Position numbers and translations under genes: made by a program. Shown piece after piece: positions 9,645 to 17,650 of a stretch of DNA of 32,000 bases. This stretch comes from Methanothermobacter marburgensis str. Marburg. Lineage in GTDB: Archaea; Methanobacteriota; Methanobacteria; Methanobacteriales; Methanothermobacteraceae. The first letter of the stretch is position 1, and each line of letters starts with the position of its first letter. Under the pieces are notes generated by a model. It saw only the letters and a list, made by a program, of their open reading frames with translations. It made no database searches and was not told the origin of the DNA. The DNA lies in contig NC_014408.1 in the NCBI RefSeq assembly GCF_000145295.1, positions 180,001-212,000 of the forward strand, in the 5' to 3' direction.

Positions 9645-9657
9645 ATTTCAGTTGTGA
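9645..9657. repeat. 13-nt motif ATTTCAGTTGTGA (copy 1 of ATTTCA-N-TTG-NN-A)
   Basis: Lies in the spacer downstream of cdc6. It shares 10/13 positions with the copy at 11144-11156. My manual scan found ATTTCA-N-TTG only at these two sites in the window. Confidence 0.5.
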
Positions 9658-9728
9658 TCTCTGTCGTAGTGTGGGGCCTTCTCATGGTGGCGGTAGGGGC
9701 CAACTCCAACTGCCCTGCAGGGGTCTGA

Positions 9729-10862
9729 TCAGTCAAGGCACCTCTTAAGTTCATCCCTGCTGAATCTGGGGATCACAATCCTTGAATTACCACGAACACC
9801 CTTACCTGTCAGTCTCGTGTCAATGAGCCTCAGAAATTCAAGCTTCTCAATTGTCCTGTTGAATGACGAGTAACTTGCCCCTGTCCTCTCATGGAAGAGC
9901 TCATAGAGCCTGCCGGCGGTTATGTCGTCATCCTCGGCCTCAATCATACTAATGAGAAACTCCTTTTCCTGGCTGCTGAGCGTCCTCACGGTGTGCATGA
10001 GGTTAACCGGCCCGGCGCTCCTCACACCCCTTTCAAGGTGTTCCTCTGTTATTAAAGGTGATGCATCGGCCTCTGCAAGGTTGCCGCATACCCTCAGGAG
10101 GTCTATGCCGTAGCGCAGGTCCCCGGTATCCACGGTGTGATCGGTTATTCTCTCTATGAGTTCATCTGAGATCACGCCTGGATAGAAGCCCACCCTCACA
10201 CGATCTCTGAGGATATTGAATATCTCCTCGCGGGTGTAGGGTGGGAATATGATCTCCTGGGGTATGAATATGGAGTTGACGTTTTTATCAAGGGCGTACC
10301 TGAATTCAATGTCAGATAAAACCGCAAATACACCGGTTCTAACACCATCAAACACCTCATGGGCCCTCAGTATATCGTAAAGGACCTTGTTGGCGTTTTT
10401 ACTGTAAAAGAGGTGGTTTATATCATCCAGGGCCACCACCAGCGCCCTGTTTTCACTGGCCAGGTGCTGCATTATCGCCTGGTAGATCCTGGAGAACGGC
10501 ACACCTGTTTCAGGGGGCTGGTGACCGAATATCTTGCTGTAGATCTGTGAGAAGATACCGAATCTTGTGGTGTGAAGCTGACAGTTTATATAGCAGCAGA
10601 CAACGTTTTCGGATGTTGACTCAACCATCTCAAAGATCTTCTTGATGGCGGTGGTCTTACCTGTTGCACAGGACCCCAGTATGATGGCATTCACGGGCCT
10701 TCCATTCCTCAGAGCAGGCCTTATGCAGACTGCAAGGGCCTCCATCTGGGATTCCCTGTACCTGTAGTTTTCAGGGACATAGTCTGGGTCAAAGGCATTC
10801 ATATCCCTGAAGATGGTTTCATCATGAAGCAGTATATCCCTTATATCCTTCATATCCTTCAC
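9729..10862 (-). CDS. cdc6: Orc1/Cdc6 replication initiator (by remembered synteny the Cdc6-2 / MTH1599-type paralog)
   Basis: 377-aa ORF with Walker A GSCATGKTT, Walker B VVALDDINHL and a C-terminal winged-helix region. The track start is GTG 10862, and ATG 10853 is an alternative. Confidence 0.95.
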   Translation of the reverse strand: MKDMKDIRDILLHDETIFRDMNAFDPDYVPENYRYRESQMEALAVCIRPALRNGRPVNAIILGSCATGKTTAIKKIFEMVESTSENVVCCYINCQLHTTRFGIFSQIYSKIFGHQPPETGVPFSRIYQAIMQHLASENRALVVALDDINHLFYSKNANKVLYDILRAHEVFDGVRTGVFAVLSDIEFRYALDKNVNSIFIPQEIIFPPYTREEIFNILRDRVRVGFYPGVISDELIERITDHTVDTGDLRYGIDLLRVCGNLAEADASPLITEEHLERGVRSAGPVNLMHTVRTLSSQEKEFLISMIEAEDDDITAGRLYELFHERTGASYSSFNRTIEKLEFLRLIDTRLTGKGVRGNSRIVIPRFSRDELKRCLD

Positions 10863-10922
10863 AGCTTATTTTAAATGGGCATGTAGATTTTTTGCAGGAG
10901 CACATCAGGATCCTCAGAATGA

Positions 10923-10990
10923 TTTATCTGGTAACGACCTAATAAGGTTTTATCTGGATCAGCCCGCTTATAAGAAGATATGCTGGATCA
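10923..10990. repeat. nested direct repeats upstream of cdc6: TTTATCTGG x2 (10923, 10949) and CTGGATCA x2 (10954, 10983)
   Basis: Exact 9-mer copies lie 26 bp apart and exact 8-mer copies 29 bp apart. A further TATCTGG sits at 11124-11130. The palindrome CTTATAAG lies between the CTGGATCA copies. Confidence 0.7.
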
Positions 10991-11143
10991 TTTAAAATCA
11001 ATAATTAGACTCACCTTATTGATTGAACTTGTTGTTAGATGAACTGCAGGCCCTCACAGCAGCATGAATTCAGACCCTCATAAACGTATGATTTATAACC
11101 GTAAAGAATGCTCGCAGACATAGTATCTGGCCATTTCTTTCAT

Positions 11144-11156
11144 ATTTCAATTGACA
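11144..11156. repeat. 13-nt motif ATTTCAATTGACA (copy 2 of ATTTCA-N-TTG-NN-A)
   Basis: Lies in the 323-bp non-coding region upstream of cdc6, in the same orientation as copy 1. Both copies are followed about 22-24 nt later by GTGTGG. Confidence 0.5.
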
Positions 11157-11185
11157 TGGGTACCTGTGTGGCTTCCATAAAGCAG

Positions 11186-11884
11186 CTACCATTTCTCTAT
11201 CTGAATCCTTCCATTCCTTTCAATCCACTCTATCAGTCTCTCAGCATATTCAAGTTTGAGCCTCTTAACTGGATCTGCCCTTCCTGTTTCAGAACCCATA
11301 TCAGGCCTTGAGTACCTGGTTACAACCTCACCGAAATCCATCCCGGCAAGTACCACGGTTTCTGCACCGAGCGCCTCTGCAAGGAAAACGGCCCTGTCAC
11401 CATCCGTGAAGCCCCCAAAATTGTATATGCATCCATAGGGGACACTCTGGGTTGTCCCTATAAGGTTCTGGAGGCGTGGAAGATACTTCCTGAGCGCCTC
11501 AAGGTTGTTGCCGTGGGCATGAACCACCAGGGAGGCCCCCCTCCTGTTGGCCTCAATTATATCCTCCATTCTACCGTCAAGGTCCGTCACGATTATATGG
11601 GGGATTAAACCCTCCTCAAGAAGCGCTGTTGTCGCGCCATCTGCCGCCACTATGGTAACATTCCCTCTGACCTCTTTGAATCTTTTAACGTGTTTCCTGA
11701 GTGATGGCCCAGCACCGAATACGATGAAGTCCAGTGAGGGAACCGTGAGGCTTTCGGGGCCCGGACAGCCATGTTCCCTCAGGAAGGATTCCAGGTAGGA
11801 TGCAGACTCCTCATCGGCCTTCCTGCTGAATCCAAAGTCATCAAGTATTCGCCCATACCATTCGAGCCAGACTTCCATTTCCAT
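11186..11884 (-). CDS. mptE: MptE-like (DUF115) 6-hydroxymethyl-7,8-dihydropterin pyrophosphokinase
   Basis: 232-aa ORF with the IVTDLDG and HAHGNN motifs that I associate with the archaeal MptE/DUF115 family. A CATATAT element about 25 nt upstream of the ATG and the lack of an SD suggest a leaderless mRNA. Confidence 0.65.
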   Translation of the reverse strand: MEMEVWLEWYGRILDDFGFSRKADEESASYLESFLREHGCPGPESLTVPSLDFIVFGAGPSLRKHVKRFKEVRGNVTIVAADGATTALLEEGLIPHIIVTDLDGRMEDIIEANRRGASLVVHAHGNNLEALRKYLPRLQNLIGTTQSVPYGCIYNFGGFTDGDRAVFLAEALGAETVVLAGMDFGEVVTRYSRPDMGSETGRADPVKRLKLEYAERLIEWIERNGRIQIEKW

Positions 11885-12087
11885 GGGACGAATCTATCAG
11901 GGGGGATATATGATTCTTTTGATCAGACACACACTTTCTGGTTCCATCCAATGGCAGAGCCCGGTGACCTCCGTGGTCCTCCAACTTGAACCTTATGGCA
12001 TCATCACATGTGTAAATCTTTTTAAATGCACGGATTAAAAATAAGTACAGGTTACAGAATCCACTTGAATCTGGAGGTTTTTTGGAA

Positions 12088-13245
12088 ATGGATGAAACAC
12101 TGCTTATGATCCCCGGGCCAACACGGGTGGCCCAGAGAGTCCTTAAGGCAATGTCAGAGAACATTGTTAACCACAGGAGCGCACTGTTTGGTAAAATACT
12201 CACTGAAACAACTGAGATGATGTCAGATGTCTTCAGGACAAACAATAAATCTTACCTGCTAACAGGGTCGGGGACGGCTGCCATGGAGGCGGCGGTTGCA
12301 AACATCATCGAACCAGGTGACAGGGTCCTGAACGTTGTTGGAGGCAAATTCGGCCAGCGGTTTGCACAGATAGTTGAGGCCTTTGGCGGGGAACCAATCA
12401 GGATAGATGTGGAGTGGGGCAGCGCCGTCAACCCCGATGAGATTGGATATACGCTTGAGGAGAATGATGATATAAAGGCAGTTACCGTTGTCCACAATGA
12501 GACATCAACCGGTGTTGCAAACCCAATAAAGGAGATAGGTAAGATAATGGCGGATTACGACGCCCTCTACATAGTTGACACGGTCTCGTCTCTTGGTGGG
12601 GACGAGGTTGATGTTGACGGCTACGGCATAGACATCTGCGTGACCGGCTCACAGAAGTGCCTTGCAGCCCCGCCTGGCATGGCAGCCATAACACTCAGCG
12701 ACGACGCCTGGAGGGTTGTTGAATCAGTGGATAACCCCAGGACATACTACCTGAACCTCAAGAAGTACAGGAAGAGCGGGGATGCCGAGCCACCTGAAAC
12801 CCCCTACACACCCGCAGTCTCACTGATATACGCAATGCATGAGGCACTTCAGGTGATAATGGAGGAGGGACTCAGCAACAGGATAAAGAGGCATAAGCTG
12901 GCGGCTGAGGCAACCAGGAATGCCATAAAGGCCCTCAACCTCGAACTCTTCCCTGATGAATCGGTATCATCAACCACAGTAACGGCCGTTAATCTCCCTG
13001 AGGGCGTCACCGATGGGGAACTCAGGGGGACAATGAGGAACAAGTACCACGTTGAACTCGCAGGGGGCCAGGACCACCTCAAGGGCAAGATATTCAGGAT
13101 AGGTCACATGGGTAACATAACCCACAGGGAACTTATAACAACATTCTCAGCCCTGGAGATGACCCTAAGGGAGCTGGGCTTTGAACTTGAAATGGGAGAG
13201 GCAGTGGCCGCGGTTGCTGACACCTACCTCCCTGAGGATGTCTGA
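12088..13245 (+). CDS. class-V (AGXT/SGAT-family) PLP aminotransferase
   Basis: The track starts at TTG 12082. ATG 12088 has a GGAGG SD about 10 nt upstream. The N-terminus reads LLMIPGPT and the PLP lysine context is TGSQKCLAAPPG. Confidence 0.85.
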   Translation: MDETLLMIPGPTRVAQRVLKAMSENIVNHRSALFGKILTETTEMMSDVFRTNNKSYLLTGSGTAAMEAAVANIIEPGDRVLNVVGGKFGQRFAQIVEAFGGEPIRIDVEWGSAVNPDEIGYTLEENDDIKAVTVVHNETSTGVANPIKEIGKIMADYDALYIVDTVSSLGGDEVDVDGYGIDICVTGSQKCLAAPPGMAAITLSDDAWRVVESVDNPRTYYLNLKKYRKSGDAEPPETPYTPAVSLIYAMHEALQVIMEEGLSNRIKRHKLAAEATRNAIKALNLELFPDESVSSTTVTAVNLPEGVTDGELRGTMRNKYHVELAGGQDHLKGKIFRIGHMGNITHRELITTFSALEMTLRELGFELEMGEAVAAVADTYLPEDV

Positions 13246-13250
13246 ACTGG

Positions 13251-13295
13251 ATTATTTTTCTTTAATTCTTTTTCAGGCCAAAAATTCCTTTTTTT
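13251..13295. terminator. bidirectional oligo-T terminator region between convergent genes
   Basis: The plus strand has T5 (13255-59), T5 (13269-73) and T7 (13289-95) runs. An A5 run (13280-84) gives a T5 on the minus strand. A weak A/T hairpin surrounds GGCC. Confidence 0.45.
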
Positions 13296-13301
13296 CTCCA
13301 G

Positions 13302-14876
13302 TTAAGGATCTAGATCTGGAAGCGGTATGTTCTCCTCTTCAACCATTAACTCCACGAGATAGGGTTCTCCTGAATCAAGGCCCCTCTCAACGGCCCCTGC
13401 AACTTCACCAATTTCATAAACCCTCTCTGCACATATACCATATGCACCTGCAAGCCTCACAAAATCAGGGTTCCTCATCTTAACGGAGTAGCTTTCACCG
13501 TATTTCATCTCCTGCCACTGCCTTATAACATCAAGCTGCCCGTTGTTCAGTATGCACATGGTGATTCCAAGGTCCAGTTCAGCCACGGTCCCGAGTTCCT
13601 GTATGGTCATCTGGAAACCCCCGTCCCCTGCCACCAGCAGAACATCGTCGTCTGGCCTTGCAATTTTGGCACCCACTGCAGCAGGCAGGCCATACCCCAT
13701 GGGTCCAAAGCCCCCGGAGAAGAGGAGGCCGCGTTCCCTGAGAACCCTCCGGTGGAGGGTGACCCAGGTTGTGTGGCTTCCCGCATCACTGACCACAACC
13801 GCATCTGGAGCCGCATCTAGGATGCTGCGGACGGCTGAGGAGGTCCTGAGGATTTTCTCTTCGCCAGCAGGTAAATCATAGAGGGGAGGATTTTTGACTC
13901 TGAAGCCATAAAGTTCCCTTAACCATCTCACAGGATGTTTCACGCGAATACCATGCATCAGGAAGTCCCTTACATTCATATTTAACCTGAAATCGCCCCT
14001 CAGGACATTGGGGTCTGTATTCACGTGTATAATCCGGGGGTTACCAATCGCCGCTGAGGTCCTGTCCGAGAGCCTTGAGCCGAGCACGAGGAGAACATCA
14101 CATTCCCTTGCAGCATAGTTTCCTGTGGGAGTCCCCCTTGTCCCCGCCATTCCAAGGCAGAGTGGGTGGTCCTCAGGGAGAACACCCCTCCCACTGTAGG
14201 TCGTCACAACCGGGAGCAGGTTTTCAGTGATAAACTTCCTGAACCCCTCAACGGCCCCGGCCCAGATTATACCCGCACCTGCCAGGACCAGGGGCTTTTC
14301 TGCTGACCTCAGAACTTCAATGACATCATCAAGGCATGGTGTTTTACCTGGTGTGCTGGGGGGTTTTTCAATGGTCCCCACCCCCTCCTCAAGCACATCC
14401 TTGGGGAGGTTGATGTGCATCACCCCGGTGACTCCCCTCTCAAATGCATCGAGGGCATCAAGGAGTGCAAGGGCAGCATCCTCCCCATTACGGGCGGTTC
14501 TACTTTTCTTCACAACTGGACTGAAGACACCCTCTATGTCTGCTTCCTGGAACCTGCCCCCACCTTCACCCCGGGGCAGGTCCCCTGTTAGGGCTATGAG
14601 GGGCACAGAATCGGTGTTTGCAGCAGCCACGCCCATCACAAGGTTCAGGGCCCCGGGGCCACCGGTGGCCACGCATACACCTGGCCTTCCAGAGGCCCGG
14701 GCGTAGCCGTCTGCAGCATGGACAGCTCCCTGTTCGTGCCTCATGAGAACATGCTGAATCTCCGATTTTCTGAGGGCCTCATAGAGGGGGAGTATCTGTT
14801 CACCGGGATGCCCGAATATGTGGGTGAAACCTACCTCCTCAAGCATCTCTGTGAGGATCTCTGCGCACACCTTCAT
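13302..14876 (-). CDS. thiamine-diphosphate enzyme, acetolactate-synthase large-subunit paralog (function unassigned)
   Basis: The track ORF starts at 14930. I prefer ATG 14876 (MKVCAEILTEMLEEVGFTHIFGHPG...). The TPP motif GDGGFQMTIQELGT...NNG is present, and GGPGALN is in the N-domain. No small-subunit gene is adjacent. Confidence 0.8.
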   Translation of the reverse strand: MKVCAEILTEMLEEVGFTHIFGHPGEQILPLYEALRKSEIQHVLMRHEQGAVHAADGYARASGRPGVCVATGGPGALNLVMGVAAANTDSVPLIALTGDLPRGEGGGRFQEADIEGVFSPVVKKSRTARNGEDAALALLDALDAFERGVTGVMHINLPKDVLEEGVGTIEKPPSTPGKTPCLDDVIEVLRSAEKPLVLAGAGIIWAGAVEGFRKFITENLLPVVTTYSGRGVLPEDHPLCLGMAGTRGTPTGNYAARECDVLLVLGSRLSDRTSAAIGNPRIIHVNTDPNVLRGDFRLNMNVRDFLMHGIRVKHPVRWLRELYGFRVKNPPLYDLPAGEEKILRTSSAVRSILDAAPDAVVVSDAGSHTTWVTLHRRVLRERGLLFSGGFGPMGYGLPAAVGAKIARPDDDVLLVAGDGGFQMTIQELGTVAELDLGITMCILNNGQLDVIRQWQEMKYGESYSVKMRNPDFVRLAGAYGICAERVYEIGEVAGAVERGLDSGEPYLVELMVEEENIPLPDLDP

Positions 14877-14900
14877 GACTTCAAGTATATTCTGCCAACT

Positions 14901-14908
14901 ATTTAAAT
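14901..14908. promoter_or_regulatory. palindromic TATA element ATTTAAAT in a 69-bp divergent spacer
   Basis: The centre is about 28 nt from the minus-strand ATG 14876, implying a leaderless transcript. It is about 41 nt from the acs ATG 14946, implying a short leader with a GGGGGT SD. An A-rich run at 14913-14925 is an alternative acs TATA. Confidence 0.4.
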
Positions 14909-14945
14909 CATGAAATAAAAAAATTACCATAAGTGGGGGTTTATT

Positions 14946-16907
14946 ATGAGCGGGCAGCTAGATTCTCTCCTTAAGGAGGAACGAATTTTCAATCCAGATG
15001 ATGAGACAGTTAGAAACAGCAATATAAGGATCTGGATGGATAAACATGGCATAGGGGATTATGATGAGCTCCTTGAGAGGGCAAGGTCAGATCCTGAATG
15101 GTTCTGGGATGAAATGGCATCTGAACTTGAATGGTTCAGTCCATACGAGAGGGTCCTTGAATGGGAACCACCCCATGCCAGATGGTTCACAGGCGGAAGG
15201 TTCAATATAACCTACAATGCACTTGACAGGCACGTGGCTGGCCCTGAAAAGAACAGGGTCGCCTATATATGGGAGGGTGAGGATGGTAGCGTCAGAAAAC
15301 TCACCTACTATGACCTCTACCGTGAGGTTAACCGTCTTGCCAATGCACTGAAGGGCATGGGTGTCAGGAAGGGGGACCGTGTGAGCATCTACCTTCCCAT
15401 GGTACCGGAGCTTCCGGTTGCGATGCTGGCATGCGCAAGGATAGGGGCCGTTCACAGCGTCGTATTCAGCGGTTTCTGGGCCAAGGCGTTCCGTGAGAGG
15501 GCTGCAGATGCAGAGGCAAAGGTTGCAATAACTGCAGATGCATTCTACCGGAGGGGTAAGGTAATAAGGCTCAAGGAGACCCTTGACATGGTGGCAGATG
15601 ACATTCCATCACTTGAGAAGGTAATAGTCGTTGACAGGCTCGGGGAGGACGTGAACATGGTTGAGGGGCGGGATGTGCGCTGGGAGGATGCGCTTGAGGG
15701 AATGAGTGATGAATGCCCCTGTGAGGAGCTCGACCCTGAGGACCCCCTTTTCATACTCTACACATCGGGCACCACAGGAAAACCCAAAGGGGTGGTGCAC
15801 ACACATGGGGGCTACGCAGTTGGTGTAAGTTCCACCTACCGCTTTGTATTTGATGTAAAGGAAAGGGACATATGGTGGTGTGCAGCGGATATAGGGTGGA
15901 TAACAGGTCACAGCTACATAGTCTACGCCCCCCTCATTGAGGGTTCAACATCGGTTATGTATGAGGGGGCCCCTGATTACCCTGACCCTGGAAGGATATG
16001 GAGCATGATTGAAAGGTACGGTGTGACCATATTCTACACCGCCCCCACAACCATCAGGCTCTTCATGAAGTACGGGAACAAGTGGCCTGAAAAGTATGAC
16101 CTCAGCACCCTCAGGCTCCTTGGATCCGTGGGTGAACCCATAAACCCTGAGGCATGGATGTGGTACTACAGGACGATTGGTGGTGGCAGATGTCCAGTGA
16201 TGGATACCTGGTGGCAGACAGAGACCGGGATGCACATGATAACACCCCTTCCTGTAACACCACTCAAGCCGGGGTCTGCAGGAAAGCCCTTTCCCACCGT
16301 GGTGGCTGATGTGGTTGATGATAACGGTGAGAGCATACGTGGAAGCGGGGGGCACCTGGTTATAAGGACACCCTGGCCTGCGATGTTCAGGACACTGTTC
16401 AGGGAACCTGAGAGGTATGTGGAGGCATACTGGAGCACCTTCCCGGGGGTTTACCTCAGCGGGGATGTTGCAAGGATAGACGAGGATGGCTACTTCTGGA
16501 TACAGGGAAGGGAGGATGATGTCCTCAATGTCGCAGGTCACAGGATAAGCACCGCAGAGGTTGAATCGGCCCTTGTAAGCCACCCTGACGTTGTTGAGGC
16601 AGCGGTGGTCGGAAAACCTGATATACTGAAGGGTGAGGAGATAGCGGCATTCGTGACACTCAGGGGCACCGTGAAGCCGGCACCACGCCTCAAGGGCGTT
16701 CTGAGGGAGCACGTCAGGAGGGAAATAGGGCCAATAGCAAGTCCGAGTTACATTGAATTCGTTGAGGACCTGCCAAAAACACGTTCAGGTAAGATAATGA
16801 GGAGGGTTATAAAGGCCCTTATAAGGGGTGAAGACACCGGTGATCTGAGCACACTCTCAAACCCCGAGTCTGTGAAGATGCTTGAGGAGAGGCTTCAGAC
16901 AATTTAA
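14946..16907 (+). CDS. acs: acetyl-CoA synthetase (AMP-forming)
   Basis: 653-aa ORF with the YTSGTTGKPKG AMP-binding motif, WWQTETG and a C-terminal PKTRSGKIMRR. It is intact and full length. Confidence 0.95.
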   Translation: MSGQLDSLLKEERIFNPDDETVRNSNIRIWMDKHGIGDYDELLERARSDPEWFWDEMASELEWFSPYERVLEWEPPHARWFTGGRFNITYNALDRHVAGPEKNRVAYIWEGEDGSVRKLTYYDLYREVNRLANALKGMGVRKGDRVSIYLPMVPELPVAMLACARIGAVHSVVFSGFWAKAFRERAADAEAKVAITADAFYRRGKVIRLKETLDMVADDIPSLEKVIVVDRLGEDVNMVEGRDVRWEDALEGMSDECPCEELDPEDPLFILYTSGTTGKPKGVVHTHGGYAVGVSSTYRFVFDVKERDIWWCAADIGWITGHSYIVYAPLIEGSTSVMYEGAPDYPDPGRIWSMIERYGVTIFYTAPTTIRLFMKYGNKWPEKYDLSTLRLLGSVGEPINPEAWMWYYRTIGGGRCPVMDTWWQTETGMHMITPLPVTPLKPGSAGKPFPTVVADVVDDNGESIRGSGGHLVIRTPWPAMFRTLFREPERYVEAYWSTFPGVYLSGDVARIDEDGYFWIQGREDDVLNVAGHRISTAEVESALVSHPDVVEAAVVGKPDILKGEEIAAFVTLRGTVKPAPRLKGVLREHVRREIGPIASPSYIEFVEDLPKTRSGKIMRRVIKALIRGEDTGDLSTLSNPESVKMLEERLQTI

Positions 16908-16912
16908 TCCAG

Positions 16913-17365
16913 TCAGTCCTCCTGGTAGCTCCCGCTGTACCTCCCAGAACCCTTGACAGGGAATACAACTCCCTGCGCTATCCTCTCACCCCTTTTGATC
17001 CTGTACTCATATTCACCACAGTTCTGGACAAGGAACTGGAGCGTCCCCCTGAATCCAGGGTCCCCAACCGCGGTGTGGACCGATACAAAGGATCGCAGCA
17101 GAGTTGACCTTGGAAGGTAAAGCATTGCATAACCCTCAGGTATCTCTATCCTTCTATCAACACTCACAAGATAGGATTTCCCTGGTTCCAGTGTGTATAC
17201 AGGAGGATCCAGCCTTTCAAGGGGTGGCAGATTCTTTTCATCGTCAATCAGTGAACCTGGACCTGCCTGCCGGTAAACCTCATCAACACGGAGGTCAATC
17301 CCAGCCGGCTGTACCAGTTCCTTGAAATCCGGAAAAAGTCTTATTAACTCCTTTTCTCCGATCAT
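16913..17365 (-). CDS. dut: dUTPase / dCTP-deaminase-family protein (short archaeal form, probably dUTP diphosphatase)
   Basis: 150-aa ORF with the AGIDLR and VGDPGFRGTL motifs of the trimeric dCTP deaminase/dUTPase superfamily. A GAGAGG SD lies upstream of the ATG. Confidence 0.75.
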   Translation of the reverse strand: MIGEKELIRLFPDFKELVQPAGIDLRVDEVYRQAGPGSLIDDEKNLPPLERLDPPVYTLEPGKSYLVSVDRRIEIPEGYAMLYLPRSTLLRSFVSVHTAVGDPGFRGTLQFLVQNCGEYEYRIKRGERIAQGVVFPVKGSGRYSGSYQED

Positions 17366-17455
17366 ATTTCATTCCTCTCTGTTTGATACTGTGATATAAG
17401 CTTATCCAGTTTAAGACTTATTAGATGTGACTCCATAGTTATATCTGGTGGTACC

Positions 17456-17641
17456 ATGCCTGTTATTCAGATAAGCTGCAACAAGCTGACAAGGGAAAAG
17501 AAGAGGGAACTTGTAAAACGCATAACAGAGGTCTCAAGTGAGGTGATGGGCCTTCCAGAGTCAACCATAACAGTACTCATAAGGGAGGTCCCACCTGAGG
17601 ATGTTGGTGTTGGGGGGATACTCCTCTCTGACAGAGATTGA
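17456..17641 (+). CDS. 4-oxalocrotonate tautomerase-family protein
   Basis: 61-aa ORF starting MPVIQI, giving the catalytic Pro1 after Met removal. Its length is typical of the beta-alpha-beta fold. A GGTGGT SD lies 3 nt upstream. Confidence 0.8.
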   Translation: MPVIQISCNKLTREKKRELVKRITEVSSEVMGLPESTITVLIREVPPEDVGVGGILLSDRD

Positions 17642-17650
17642 CAGATTTTT

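Noticed and set aside
11905-12000. Possible C/D-box sRNA on the minus strand (TGATGA ... CTGA) within the GC-rich middle of the divergent spacer.
   Set aside because: The boxes are about 74 nt apart, too long for archaeal C/D sRNAs. There are no internal C'/D' boxes and no terminal pairing. The 10-mers GGTGACCTCC and GTGGTCCTCC are only 7/10 similar.
11841-12245. A 134-aa minus-strand ORF spanning the mptE/aminotransferase divergent spacer.
   Set aside because: It overlaps the starts of both flanking genes and the promoter elements. It is antisense to the aminotransferase 5' end and has no motifs.
15945-16712. A 255-aa minus-strand ORF, the longest unexplained ORF in the track.
   Set aside because: It lies entirely antisense to the well-supported acs CDS. 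Its composition is Cys/Pro/His/Arg/Gly-rich with no recognisable motif, SD or promoter. This is a typical shadow ORF.
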